Source: Atractiella rhizophila
Lineage: Eukaryota
DNA length: 64,000 nt
NCBI GenBank assembly: GCA_021432655.1
Contig: MU271219.1
Coordinates: 62,001-126,000 of the forward strand
Reading direction: 5' to 3'
Position numbers and translations under genes: made by a program. The notes below the pieces were generated by a model. That model ran no database searches. It was not told the origin of the DNA and was given only the letters and a program-made list of their open reading frames with translations. Positions 32,727-45,548 of the stretch are shown here, one piece after another; position 1 is the stretch's first letter, and each line of letters begins with the position of its first letter.

Positions 32727-35605
32727 TCATCTCTCAATAGATCCAATCCTCTGAATGTGATGTACTTCTTGCGCTGATCTTTCTCTGTCCACACTCCGTA
32801 GACTCCTTCTGCTACTTGGCCTTGTCTCAGCAGTTAGTTTCTTCTCCACAGCGGTACTTTCGCCTCGTCGACCTTCTTCGACTTCTCGTTCTTCAGGAAT
32901 GGTCTCTCCAGAAACATGGGATCCAATGGAACCACCCAAAGAAACAAGGACGGCGAAGCTGTTCGCAGTCGGCGCTACAAAGGTATTGAGTAAGGAAGAT
33001 TGTGGAAGAACAGGTGATTTACCGTCAAGAACGGCGAGTTCTTGGGGAGAAAAGAGCTTGGGACAGATGTAAGTTCGGAATGGAATGAGTCCCCAGACGA
33101 AGTAGACTGGAAACGAGATAGCAGCTTGACGTTCAAAAGTCAACATTGTTCTGAACTGAGAAAAAGGAACTAACGAACCGAGCGTTTGACTTGTTGCAAC
33201 AGCAATAGCGAATACGACCCATTGACAGACGACGTATAACAGGATCTTTGTCCGACTGACGCTCAACAAAGGATGGCTGGGCTCCGTCAACCTTTGGTCA
33301 CGGAAAAGATAGCTACACAAACATGGTAAGACTGTTTTGTAAGGAGATGTGTGAATTACAGTGTCTTATGCACGATGCCGTTGCCTTCAATCGATCCCCA
33401 ACCGACGACAATGAAGACTCCGGCAAAAAGAGCGCGAGGAATTAGTCCCCTACCAAGATGAAATCAATCACTCGCCCGCCAAAGCAGAAAAATAGCGCAC
33501 AAGACGACTAGAAGAGGTCGCGTTAGCGTTCCTAAGGTGAGTAACTGGAAAAATTTTAGCACAATATAGGGAGGCAGAAGAATAAGCCATACGCCGATGA
33601 TGAGATGCGACAACCTCTGTTCTACTACCCGCTCTCGGACGAGCTTTTGAAACCTTCTCGATCGTCCCTTTTCATCGATAACAGTTTCAACATCCACCTA
33701 AGACCCTGCTTAAATTAAGAACATAGAACAGCGAAGAGTACCTACCTGTCGGAGAACGCTCAAGCTTTCTGTGTGCACAGGAGCCTACAATCTCATGCAG
33801 TTCATAGGGTTATCATACTTGATAAAGGAAGAACTAACCTGAGGCACGAGTCCATTGGGTGCTGGAAGACCCAAGATACCAGATACAAACGTGACGATTC
33901 CCAAGAGAAAGAAGTCCCAATGGAATCCGGCTGGTCTTTTGATTGGGAAGGCGCGAGCTTGAGCCATCAAAGAGGACACATTCTGCATCGCATCGTGAGA
34001 AGAGTTATGAAACAAATGAACGCTACTTGAAGGACAGACGTACGTGGTCAAAATAGAAGAGTAACATTATGAGCAACCCAAATGGCATGGCAACGAAGAC
34101 CCATTTGACGGGTAGGTTCCAAAAGTCAACTACCCAATCGCGACTTAAATCCTGGTCAGTATGTCCATCAAATACCATGGCGGCACGTACTCCATAGTCG
34201 GGAACCAGCTCTTCGTAATGGGCAACATTTGAACGTGTGTGCTCTTGATATTTCCAGGGCTAGGTTCATCATAAGCTCCACGAAGCATGGAGGAGGAAAA
34301 ATTAGCGGAAGACTGACAAATGTGCGAACCCTGTCCAGAAGACACAGCCAATAATGAAGCCGTAATCGGCAATGGCTTCCCTGAAGCGGAATGGACCAAA
34401 AGGCATATCTCCCACTTTTTGAAGGTAATATACGGAGAGGGAGAACAGAATAGCTATCAAAGTAGCAAGCCATCCTGCGGAAACGGTGTTGTGGTCGAAC
34501 TCTAGAATGAGGAGTTCGATGCCTTTTTGGACGTAAATCTAATCTCCATTGCTTGATCAGAAAGTGAGGATACTGGGAAGGAGTAAACGCACAACGCCAA
34601 CGTAGAAACCGAATCTGTGTGTAGTCCATCAGTGCGCGACTTTGGTTTGAAGGTTGATACTTGCGTTTCCGATGTCATGTCGGTGATGAATCTCGTTAGA
34701 TCGCAAATGTTAAATATGGCAACAATCCAATGAAAAAGTGCTGCCCAGCTGCAGCCATCCTCAGCGCCAATCCGAACAAGATGAAAAAGGAATTCGAACA
34801 TCAGAACCCAGGCTTGGAATTGCAAGAAATTGACACCATGCCGTACGGTCACGATATCGCTAGGCGTCGATATGAAAAAGCAGGTCTTTTCAACAAGAAT
34901 TAGCTCACTAGTTCGTATAGTTGAAAAGATTGACTGTCTTCTGATGAGCTTAGATCAAAGATGAAAGAAGAACAAACGCACTCAGTCCAGTCACTCCAAC
35001 AATAGTCAGAGGCTGAACACTAAAGATGCTAAACACGAGGGCGGCTAGCGCACTAGCTAGAATCGATTCATTGACACCGTACGCGCCATCCGTTCTATAG
35101 TTCATGTCGAGTGTGTAGGCGAGAGCAGGCATCAAACTGTGCCACACCGGAGATGAGAATTAGAAAGAGGCATTGAAGTGGAACGAAAGAGACCGCACTT
35201 AATGAAATACATCTTGACACCACCGGCCAAAACGCGATATATATCCTCTCTTCTCTCTCGTGCTCCTTTTTCCGGTTCAGAGGGAGAGGATGCAAGCGTC
35301 CAGTCGGATATCCAGAACGGAAGCCGTCTTACAACATCATAATACATCCCGCTTTGAACAATAAAATCAGTCCACTGGAAAGAAGAGAAATAGAAATGTA
35401 CATACCGAAACGGTCTATACTGATCCGCTGTTGTCCTTTCTGACCAGGATGGTCCACTGGGCCAGTTTTCAGGGTCCATCATGTTCTTCTTCAACTTGGA
35501 GAGGCCAGGGCCACTCGCTGGCTCAGATGCTTTGGAAACAAATTCGTGTTTCTTTTCCTCCATTGCTCGATTTGGATCTTCCTGGGAAGTGTTTGTAGGT
35601 GACAT
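32727..35605 (-). CDS. BOR1: HCO3- transporter family (SLC4-like) boron efflux transporter, many exons
   Basis: MYYDVVRRLPFWISDW, LMPALAYTLDM, YGVNESILAS, FSVQPLTIVGVTG, KRPAGFHWDFFLLG, LGLPAPNGLVPQ, VVEQRLSHL. Confidence 0.9.
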
Positions 35606-35892
35606 GTTTATCAAAATCCTGCAGAGAAGAACCAATGAGTTACTCGAAAGCGAGAGATCAGATAACAACGAACCGTTCCCTCTAGGAATTACCTGAGAAA
35701 TGACACCTCCCTATCTACCAAAACGTCTATTCTAACCGAGACTCTACTCTAAACAAGCCGTGACCCCCTTCTCAAAGTCGAGAATGGCTCCTCCTTCGGC
35801 ACAGAGCGGCATACACTAAGCCAAACTAACCACAAGTCAACCAAAACTAAGATGTGGCATGTGACTACCTTCCATCAGACAGGTCGCGCGTC

Positions 35893-37228
35893 ATGAAAGG
35901 TGTAGTATTCACATCGCTCGCCCATGCTTACAGGCACGCCTCGACTTCCTCGTCTGCCTTTCCAACGACAGCAGCGACGTTTCGGGTGTTCGATAGAAAT
36001 GTAAAGAAGCTCCAGCGCAATCGGGCAGCTAGGAAAGTGCAAAATAGCAGGACGTGTGATTATCTGAGGGATGAGATTGCGGAAAGGCTTGTGGAGCGTC
36101 TAGGCGTACGTTGTCTTCGAACTTATGCACTCAAGGAAGGTGTTGAAGGTGTTCTGTTTGTTAACATTGGCAATAGGACGTGAAGAGAAAGTTTGAGACG
36201 GTCGTTGATTATGGGAGTGGGCCTGGACACTTGGTCAAGTTCCTAGATCCAGAAACGACAAAGAAAATAGTGATGGTTGACTCTGCCGGTGTGTTCGCGT
36301 TCATATTTACTCGGGAGCGGGAATGACGAGAGAAGAAAGCGCGCTCTACCGTGACCACGACGTTCATAAGGAGGACTACCCAGAATGTAAGTTCTTACTT
36401 TTCTCTGCTAGCCATAGCTCAGCAATCCCGCTTATAGTTGAGATTGAACGAATACTCGTAGAAGATGAGGAGATTTTACCGTTCGAGCCCGAATCAAACG
36501 ACATAGTGATGTCCAATCTTGCTTTACATTGGATCAACGACCTTCCTGGTTCGGTTACCCATTATTGCACTCAATTTCAGTTGACCAATTTCTTTTAGGT
36601 GTTTTATCTCAAATTCAACGTTCTCTTCGTCCAGACGGCGTATTCATAGGGTCAATGTTTGGCGGTGACACATTATTCGAGCTACGGTACGTCTAACTAT
36701 CTACTGCCCATCTCTCAATCCTTTACCTCGTTCCCGTCATTTCTTCAGCGTAATCTCATTTTCTTCAGCATAGGTCCGCGCTAATGCTAGCTGAGATGGA
36801 CGTCAAAGGCGGCTTCTCCCCTCACATCTCCCCCATGACAGATTCTCAAACCCTATCCGGCCTTCTCACCCGTGCCAACTTTGCACTCCCGACAGTTGAT
36901 ACCGACGAAGTGCAGATTGAGTATCCTTCCATGTTCGAGTTGATGAAGGACCTGCAGGGAATGGGAGAGTCTAATGCAGCTTATTCGAGGGAGACGTATC
37001 TCTCTCGAAAAGTAATGCATGCTGCAGCGGCCAAATATAAGGGTTCGTTGCACTTGTTTCTTTTGTCACAGAAACCTGGCTGAATGTAAGGCAGAGATGT
37101 ATGGCTCCGAGAGGGGAGTGACGGCGACGTTCCAGATTGTCAACTGGATCGGATGGAAACCAGCGGAAGGACAACCACAGGCATTGAAGAGGGGAACCGG
37201 GAAGAAGAGTCTCAAAGAGGTGCTGTAG
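35893..37228 (+). CDS. NDUFAF5: NDUFAF5-like SAM-methyltransferase-fold complex I assembly factor, multi-exon
   Basis: [93 protein letters not shown]. Confidence 0.92.
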
Positions 37229-37339
37229 CACTTTTTCTTACAACAAACGCCAGGTAGAATGACAACCATTTATACATGGAATCACGAGACATGTGTTAAA
37301 GGGTTTTGAAACAACAAGTAACGAGAAAGGACCGAATGT

Positions 37340-38629
37340 TCAGTGCCACCAGAGGCGCTCCGCTGAAGGGTCAAACTTCGTGAAAGAAGGCACACCCCAA
37401 CGCTTCTTCTCCTTCCATGACGGATCCGCCAACCACCTCACCGCCTTCGCATCGCAGAGCTCCGCCAGTTTGAAGTCATTTCGACAGTCCACGTTCGTGA
37501 CACCGCTATCGTAAAAATCTGCGAGATTGGGAAATCGGCCAAGGTCGATGGCATTGTACCACGCCTGCCAACGTGGATAGCTGAACCGAGCGCTCGTGAG
37601 GCTGATGTAGGTGACGGAGCGGGGGAAGAAATGGATGAGGAAGGTGCTGCATGTGCCTAATCGACAGTTGAAGTACTTCAACGAGCGTAATTGCGAGAGG
37701 AGTTGGATCGCGGCCCCTTCTGGCAGTTCTTCCTCCTCCTCAGAAGCGATGTTGATGTGAGTGAGAGTGGTAGGGAAGAAGGGGGCGAGATAATCCCACG
37801 CCTCATCCACGTAACAAGGCGGCATCATCACCCGTCGCAGCTGCAACCGCTGTAGCGAAGGGGCATCGAGCAATATCTCCAAGAAAGGCCTGAGCTGAGA
37901 GCGTTTGAGTTTCGCGTCCCAGATGCTAAGGCTAACGAGCCTAGGAAAGGTGACTGATTCCCGCCAGGGATCGTCAGCATTTCGATTCCACCCTTCGAGG
38001 GCGAGCTCTCGCAGGTTTTGCAAGGGACGCAGCATGGAAATGGAAAACTCGATTGCCCCTTTCCTCTGGTCAACATGGAGCCTGCTCAAGTGATAGAGAT
38101 GAGAGAACATGTTCTTCAGACCGTCCACGACGGAAGAGCGAGCTATTTGTCGGTAGCTGAAAAGGCTGGACAAGAGTAGGACCCAAGTTGAGGGTAACTG
38201 GTTGTGCCATAATGACGGTGAGTTTGATGTTTCCCCAGTTAATGTGTAGGAGAGAGATTTGAGATTGGGGCAGAGACGGATGGCTCGGACTGGGTCCCAG
38301 GTGAAGAAGGGGTCTCTGATGAGTCCATCCACCATTTTCCCGAGCGCCAAGTTCTGTGCAGCCTGCTCTTCGTTCCATTGCGGGAGAAAAACGAGGGTGG
38401 TCGTGAGATTCCGTAGGCGCTGGGAACGCTCGAGGATCCAGCAGAAATCCCCCAAGTGGGTATGTCCAGTGAAGACTGCCGTGCGGAAGAGGAAGGAGGT
38501 AGCGACGCGATTGAATGTCTTGGACACGAGCGCGAGTGATCCAAGTTGTTTCCCGATGGCGCCGATTGGGATGCCTTCGACGGAGCGCAAGCAGACCTCT
38601 TCGAGCAGCTCGTTCGGGAGGGAAAGCAT
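37340..38629 (-). CDS. Intronless F-box/LRR-like protein, 429 aa
   Basis: MLSLPNELLEEV..LALVSKTFNRVATSFLFRT, then CPNLKSLS, LQNLRELAL, PSLQRLQL repeats. Confidence 0.75.
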   Translation of the reverse strand: MLSLPNELLEEVCLRSVEGIPIGAIGKQLGSLALVSKTFNRVATSFLFRTAVFTGHTHLGDFCWILERSQRLRNLTTTLVFLPQWNEEQAAQNLALGKMVDGLIRDPFFTWDPVRAIRLCPNLKSLSYTLTGETSNSPSLWHNQLPSTWVLLLSSLFSYRQIARSSVVDGLKNMFSHLYHLSRLHVDQRKGAIEFSISMLRPLQNLRELALEGWNRNADDPWRESVTFPRLVSLSIWDAKLKRSQLRPFLEILLDAPSLQRLQLRRVMMPPCYVDEAWDYLAPFFPTTLTHINIASEEEEELPEGAAIQLLSQLRSLKYFNCRLGTCSTFLIHFFPRSVTYISLTSARFSYPRWQAWYNAIDLGRFPNLADFYDSGVTNVDCRNDFKLAELCDAKAVRWLADPSWKEKKRWGVPSFTKFDPSAERLWWH

Positions 38630-41116
38630 TCCGGCTTGCCCAAAGTTCCAAAGATCTACCTGTGTTACAATTAGAATAAGAAAAGAGAAAAAGACGGAAG
38701 ATGTACATCCATCGCCACAAATTCATTGTCATCAAATGAGTCCAACACCTCGTCCTCTTCCACCAGCGACATCTCGGTCTTCCCTGCTTCACTAGGCGAC
38801 GTTTGTTTCCTTAATGTCAACCGCTAAAACTCGTAGCGGTTGAAGTAGTCGGTTTGTCAGTCGAGTCCTTTGAACGGCGCAAGGGTCGCGACCGCGACAT
38901 GATCAGAAAATCTGCTCTAATTCTAAGACGATGGAACACTTACACACTACCCAAATAACCGCACCTTCACGCAGATATCCTCTTCCGCAAAGCTTGGATG
39001 CCAGGGGTCTGTCGTCGTGGTTGTACTGCGTGTGCGTACTCAGTTGTGACATTATGCGGGAGGAACTGTAATACCTTTGCAGAGAGAGTTTTGTCTTCGT
39101 GAATGAGTGAGGGAGTGTCACAGCCACTGAGTTGACCTAGTACACATAAAAGATTGTCATTCTCAACGGATCAAGCAGAAGACATTAAAGCTCACTGGAA
39201 TCAGACTCTCAGCTTTCGTCAGCTTCCACTTGGGAAGGACCAATAACAAGCAGATGAGCTTGGTGGCTATGGCTCCTAGCAATAAAACAGCCTCTTGAGG
39301 GTCAAGACCTGTGTCAGGGTAAAAAGGGGAGGGCCTGGGAAAGCACTGAGAAGGGATGATCGTGAATCAACAGACGAGTCATCTTATTATGGTTCGGGCC
39401 TTTTTCCTTTCAAAATACCGCGGATGTTGTTGACTGTCCTTTGAGTGGATACCAGATTAGACGGGTTAACGAAATGAGGGGAGGAGATGTGAGTACTGAT
39501 GGCCGTATAGTCGTCGATGAAGGATTCTGTCCGGTAAGCGACAATCTATGATCTAATTGCTGCTTAAAAGCCCCAGCATGCCACTTTTTTTCTACCACTT
39601 TTCCTTGTTCAAATCTGGCCCGAGCTCCACATTTTGTGACTTCTTGTTTGGGTGCTTATTACGTTGACTGCTTGCACCTTTACGAGCTTGGTATGCACTG
39701 CGTATGAGTGTGGGTAAGGATGAGGATAGGGATGGCAACAACAATTTATCTATTGCTTCTTCTGACTTTCCGATCCGCCAGGTATCTTATGTCCCTCTTG
39801 ACAAAAAAAACACCTTCATAAGCTCATTTCTCATGCAAAACAACCTCAACGTTGTGACCTAGTTTGAATTAGCTCTGATATGTAGTTAGAAGAATACCGA
39901 CCATCAAGGTCTCGCACAAACGCTGTGTAATATCCTGGACCGTACGCCTCACGCAGGCCTGGGGGTCCTGCATGTTCATACTGCCTCAGACGTACCTTAA
40001 CAGCAATCACAGAGAAACAAACCATTGTTCACACCTCCAGCCTTGACTCCTGCAGCGTGGAAAGAATCGACCTCCCTTCTATCTTTTGCTCTGAACGCGA
40101 AATGAACCGCGCCAGAAATCTTAGAGGCGTCTTCAATGAGCCAGAGACTGGCTGTTTCTCCAGCTACAGCTGTACATCTCCCTGTCAGCTCTCAATAAAC
40201 TTTGTGTGAAAGCTCACCGAATCCAATCATTTTGTTTTCGAAGAAGCGAGCATGTACTTTGTACCCCAATGAGGCGAGCGCTTCGCTGTAGAACCTCTCC
40301 GAAGCGCTGGCATCTTTAACGTATACGGCAACGTGATCAAGCATTTTCTAGTAGTAGTCGATTGTTCTGTAGGAGATATGCTTGTTGGGCCTGTGTTAGT
40401 TCGTTGTAAAGGTAGGGGAGACGTCGCCTTATATATCATGCTTGTGGTGGTTTGCAGAGAAGAGACATCGAAGAGCATCCGACGACATCGACGGGAATGG
40501 CGGTCCATCTCTTGTGCAGGACCCATCTACCAGTGGAAGACAATGTTCTCCATGCAGTGTCTTGTTCAGATACAGATTGATCTTCGTTTAACGGAGAACT
40601 ACGCCATTCTTTCTTTTTTACAACGGGCATCGGATTAGTTCAGCTTGTACCTTTGTCATCAGCAAAGTGGAAGGCGGCCAAGGTTCGTCTTGGACGTCAA
40701 TTTCTCCTGGCCAGTCTCTCGCAGCGCTAGCACACAGCTACGAATGACCACGCCGATCCCGCTTGCCGCGGCAGTTGTGGTACCATTGAGCCACTTCCTT
40801 CATTGACTGTTTGCATCAGCTCGAACATTGAGCATATTGAGCGGTCGTAACTACGTCGTAGCTTGAAGCCTCCTTTCAAATCACCCCACACCATGCGATG
40901 TGCTTTACTGTCATTGATCCTCATGTCGACCATGTCACATCGAGTGATATCTTCAGGACGAGATGTGTTGTTCCCATGATGAGCGCTCTGATGACAACGT
41001 CGGAAAGGTGGAGCAATGTTTATAAATTTCCAGAAACTTTCGTAACAACAGAAAGCACAGAACAGAATTGCGTGTCACTTAGGTACTCCACAAACGATTT
41101 CATGATGCATGATACT

Positions 41117-42892
41117 TCAAACTTGCACAAGGCGGACCAACGACTGAAAAATAGCAAGTAATCCTAAATAAAACCAATCCATATGCAACTTCAAAATGTC
41201 TGGATACCTTAGTCCTATCCTTCTTATTAAACAGTCTGCTTCTTGAGGACAACGGGGAGACTCACAATGATCTGCAAGTTTCAGCTCATAGACTCTAATA
41301 TTCTCCAAGTTCCTGCATTTAACCTCTCTGGGGCATCGATGCCCACTCTTGGAATAAGAAAAATCAATCAACTTGAGTCTACCGTCATGACCTATCGTGA
41401 CATTCGCATCCGAAATGTCCCAGTGGTCGACTCCACGTTGGTGCACCTTGAGGAGGAGATTATAAATTCGCTGACTGATGTTTAGTTCGCTTCAGTTCGA
41501 CAAAGATAGTGGAGGCAGACGTACTTGATCTCGCAGTCAGAGAAGCCGATGCCGAGCTTACGAAGGCTTTGGCCAACATCCTGAAGCAGGAGGACTCCTC
41601 CACCCTCGTCTGCGCCTTTGTATGCTCCAAAAAGCATAGGAATGTCCAGTCCAGCCAGGTCCTTTAGGCACCTATAAGCATTTACCTCGTTCTCAAGCTC
41701 ATCCTGCACTTGAAGCTCTTTGGTGACAAACTTGTTCGAATCGTTTGCGAAGGAGGCAGTGAACGTGAATGATGAGCGTGTTAGCTGCTCGCGTTGAAGA
41801 AGGAGAAGAGGTTCGAGAGGAGGAGACGGGGGAGGCGTATGAAGACCCGCTCGCTTGAAATGAAATCCATGAGGAGGGGGAGGTGTCTCGAAGTTCACGA
41901 ACTGCGAATCGGGGATTTTGGGAAGTGACAACGTCAAGTTACTTCTTCCTTCAGCCGACAAGCGAACTCGAGGCTATCCGCCTAACACGCTTCGTCAGAA
42001 TTAGGCGCATGTCAGGAATGTTGCTTACTTGCCGGAAGACGGAAGCAATCCCTGGCAAATCCAATGGTATCAGGGGATTTCGCCAAGTGGGAAATTTTCC
42101 ATAGCATCGATTCTGTTGACACCCATGCTATCGTACCATTTTGCGTGCCAATGAGAGAATCCTAACCAGTCCGCTTCTTTCAACATGCCCTCAACAGGAC
42201 CACCTTTACTGTCCTTGCCTTCGCCATGTTTCTCCTTTCCTTTTAATGTCTTGGAACCTTTCCGACTCAGCCTAGGTTCCTGGTCGACAGCCGCGCCGTG
42301 TTCGTCCTTTGGAGATCAAGATCAGTCGCCTCGGAAGCTACTATGGCTTCGACAATGAGGTCCTCTAACGAATTCCCTCCAAATTCCAAGGGAATTTTGA
42401 CGAGAAGTGACAAGAGAGTCTCAATAGTCGGATCACGATCCCACTGAAGAATGTCAGAGACAGCGAAGAAGGTACCATGAATAGGAGTAGTGATCCTCTT
42501 CAAGAAGAGAAACTTTAAACTGGAATGAACGGTAGCAAGATTCAGCTGGAGCTCGGCGTTGGTAAGAGCTAGCTGCAAATCTTGGTTGAGTGATGAGGAT
42601 GAGGTTTGTGACGAGAGGGCGTACTTTGCCAATGATTGAAGTCTCCTCTGTTGTCTGACCATCTACTACCACTGGTTTACGGGAACGAGCAGCCTCCACA
42701 ATTCTTGACAGATCGTATTGGGCTACCTTCCAAGCCTTCTCTTCCGACGACATTTGAGGCACGTCACCAACTGTGAACTGGCCATCGGTAATGATACCTT
42801 TGGAGCGACCGTCCTCGGGGTCCCTGAAAACAGCAACGCCAGATTGATAGGTGAAGGTTGGAAGGCCCATAACACTGAAAATTTGTGTCAAC
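41117..42892 (-). pseudogene. Kinase-like gene, 5'-truncated and frameshifted copy
   Basis: NEVNAYRCLKDLAGLDIPMLFG, LLLQDVG, HQRGVDHWDISDANV, LIDFSYS. A 1-nt deletion relative to the paralogue near 42306 gives a stop at 42267. Homology to the paralogue ends at 42892. Confidence 0.7.
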
Positions 42893-43069
42893 TGCACATC
42901 GAGCACACTTATAAGTCCGGACTAGCGGTGAAGTGCACATGTTTGGCACGGCATCCGGAACGCAGTGCAAATAGAACAAACAGGTGACATCCACAGATCT
43001 CCAACACTGAGCAAAGACGGTCTCGCTCCGCCAAAGTCCTGTTGCATTTGTGAAACCAAGACCGTTGCA

Positions 43070-43777
43070 AACTCGCATTTGGGTTCACCTCGTGAGTTTG
43101 CAGTCTCGAGAGTTTGCTCTCTCGCTGTCTCATGAGTTGGCCGTCTCGCAGGTTTGTGTCTTACGAGTTTGCTGTCTCGCAAGTTGGCTGTCTTGCGGGT
43201 TTGTTGTCTCACAAGTTTGTTGCTGTCTCACGAGTTTACAAACTAACGTTTGGGTTCACCTCACCAGTTTGCTGTCTTGCAAGTTTGTTCTCTCACAAGT
43301 CTAGTGAAGTTGGTGCCCTCACGATGAACCTCATATATTTCGGTGAGTTCGTGTTGGGGCTAATCCCGCCCTTGTGAACCAATTTGGCCGTCGGGTCCGA
43401 GCTGACGGGACTCAACGGTTCGTTCCGTCCCATCAGGTTAGTTCCCTCAGTCGGAGCCTCACGACTGGGCTGACAGGACTCACCCTGGCCCTGACCCTAA
43501 CTCCGTTCCCCAGCCAAATTTGACTGATGGAACAGCCCCATTGCAAAGGAATAGTACTACTGTAGGAATAGTAGTAGGAGTAGTGTTTATGAGTACATGA
43601 GATGTTGACTGGATTGGTGTTGTTATCTGAGGCAAGGCTCCACCCTGGTTGACTGAGAGGAAACATTTTGGTTAGGATGCTGTTTTTTTGGAGGCAGGGT
43701 TGTACCCTGGGCACCTAGGAGGCATGGATGTAGCCAGGATCCTCTTCCTGACAGAGGCAGAGATGAATCCTAAAGTA
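43070..43777 (-). mobile_element. Inverted, CpG-decayed copy of the end regions of the 17.8-24.8 kb element
   Basis: Reverse complement of 43305-43585 aligns by eye to 17821-18090. 43070-43300 carries the AAACTCGCGAGA-type array. 43695-43777 matches 24650-24781. Confidence 0.8.
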
Positions 43778-43889
43778 TCTTTAGGAGTGTTGGTCTTTGG
43801 TTGCTTTGGACCTCCACTCTGTTGGTTTTGCCCTCCTGTCAATGTTTGTCTGGGCTCTATTCATAACCCAAACCTTTCCCCTCCCCAGT

Positions 43890-44713
43890 CTACCAAACAC
43901 CACCTGACCTCCCCCTCAGTGTGTACACTCCTATCATCCTCCTTGCAGAGATGATTTCCTCCTCACTCCACTCTCCAAAGAATAAATGAACCTCAAGGTG
44001 GCTCCCAATTGGCACTCCGTCAACCTGCATCCTAACTCCTCTCACCTGCCAATCCCCAAAGAACCAGTGGATAAACTCTGGAAAGTCAGGCGAAACCACC
44101 ACACAGTACCTGAGTGACATGGAATGTATGCTCCTTACATTTTTGAGGGTGCTGAAGAGCTTGGGGGGAACGAGGTTCGAAGTTTCTTCGCCGCCGTCAA
44201 GATCCATCTGGGCAAGGGTGTATGAGGTGTGAAAAGTCAAGCGGAGTGTGTAGGATGGAAGTGCTTCCATCAGTGGAGAAGGGGACAAGCTCGATTTTGA
44301 GAGTTTCCAGAAGAGGCGGTAGAGGGTATTCTGAGATGGAGGAAGGGGAGGGGACACAGATTGGAGAGATGCAAAAACACGGAGAGTGTGTGGAAGGTTG
44401 AGTGATGGGAGAGGCGGGTACTTTTGAAGGCTCAGGCGTTCGAGGCCATGAGGTAATTGAAGGGTGGATGATGCGGAAGATGCAGAGTCTTCCACGTCCC
44501 AAACATCAAGACGTTTAATCCTCCCCACACATGCGGCGCATAAAGTTCTCAACCTCCTCCCTCCTCCACTTTCTTGAATCCTCACCTGTAAAGGCCACGT
44601 CATCCAGCCGTTTCAAGCCTTCAATCGCACTCAACACAATCCTCGCCTTCTTTTCATCCGAAAAGGCATCCATCCTCACTTCTGTGACATTCGGCGAACC
44701 CGCGATGACGTCG
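43890..44713 (-). pseudogene. LRR-like (F-box-associated type) gene fragment, frameshifted, running into the gap
   Basis: SPNVTEVRM, LKRLDDV, LPHGLERLSL, LPHTLRV, LPPLLETLKI are spread over several reading frames. Confidence 0.55.
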
Positions 44714-45548
44714 NNNNNNNNNNNNNNNNNNNNNNNNNNNNNNNNNNNNNNNNNNNNNNNNNNNNNNNNNNNNNNNNNNNNNNNNNNNNNNNNNNNNNNN
44801 NNNNNNNNNNNNNNNNNNNNNNNNNNNNNNNNNNNNNNNNNNNNNNNNNNNNNNNNNNNNNNNNNNNNNNNNNNNNNNNNNNNNNNNNNNNNNNNNNNNN
44901 NNNNNNNNNNNNNNNNNNNNNNNNNNNNNNNNNNNNNNNNNNNNNNNNNNNNNNNNNNNNNNNNNNNNNNNNNNNNNNNNNNNNNNNNNNNNNNNNNNNN
45001 NNNNNNNNNNNNNNNNNNNNNNNNNNNNNNNNNNNNNNNNNNNNNNNNNNNNNNNNNNNNNNNNNNNNNNNNNNNNNNNNNNNNNNNNNNNNNNNNNNNN
45101 NNNNNNNNNNNNNNNNNNNNNNNNNNNNNNNNNNNNNNNNNNNNNNNNNNNNNNNNNNNNNNNNNNNNNNNNNNNNNNNNNNNNNNNNNNNNNNNNNNNN
45201 NNNNNNNNNNNNNNNNNNNNNNNNNNNNNNNNNNNNNNNNNNNNNNNNNNNNNNNNNNNNNNNNNNNNNNNNNNNNNNNNNNNNNNNNNNNNNNNNNNNN
45301 NNNNNNNNNNNNNNNNNNNNNNNNNNNNNNNNNNNNNNNNNNNNNNNNNNNNNNNNNNNNNNNNNNNNNNNNNNNNNNNNNNNNNNNNNNNNNNNNNNNN
45401 NNNNNNNNNNNNNNNNNNNNNNNNNNNNNNNNNNNNNNNNNNNNNNNNNNNNNNNNNNNNNNNNNNNNNNNNNNNNNNNNNNNNNNNNNNNNNNNNNNNN
45501 NNNNNNNNNNNNNNNNNNNNNNNNNNNNNNNNNNNNNNNNNNNNNNNN
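44714..45548. other. Assembly gap
   Basis: Run of N. Confidence 1.

Noticed and set aside
17821..43585. One 26-kb TIR transposon bounded by the inverted A repeats
   Set aside because: No matching TSD (TTTGAAG vs TTTATGAG), the copies are diverged, B lies outside the right copy, and the interval holds intact BOR1 and NDUFAF5. Kept only as a minor alternative.
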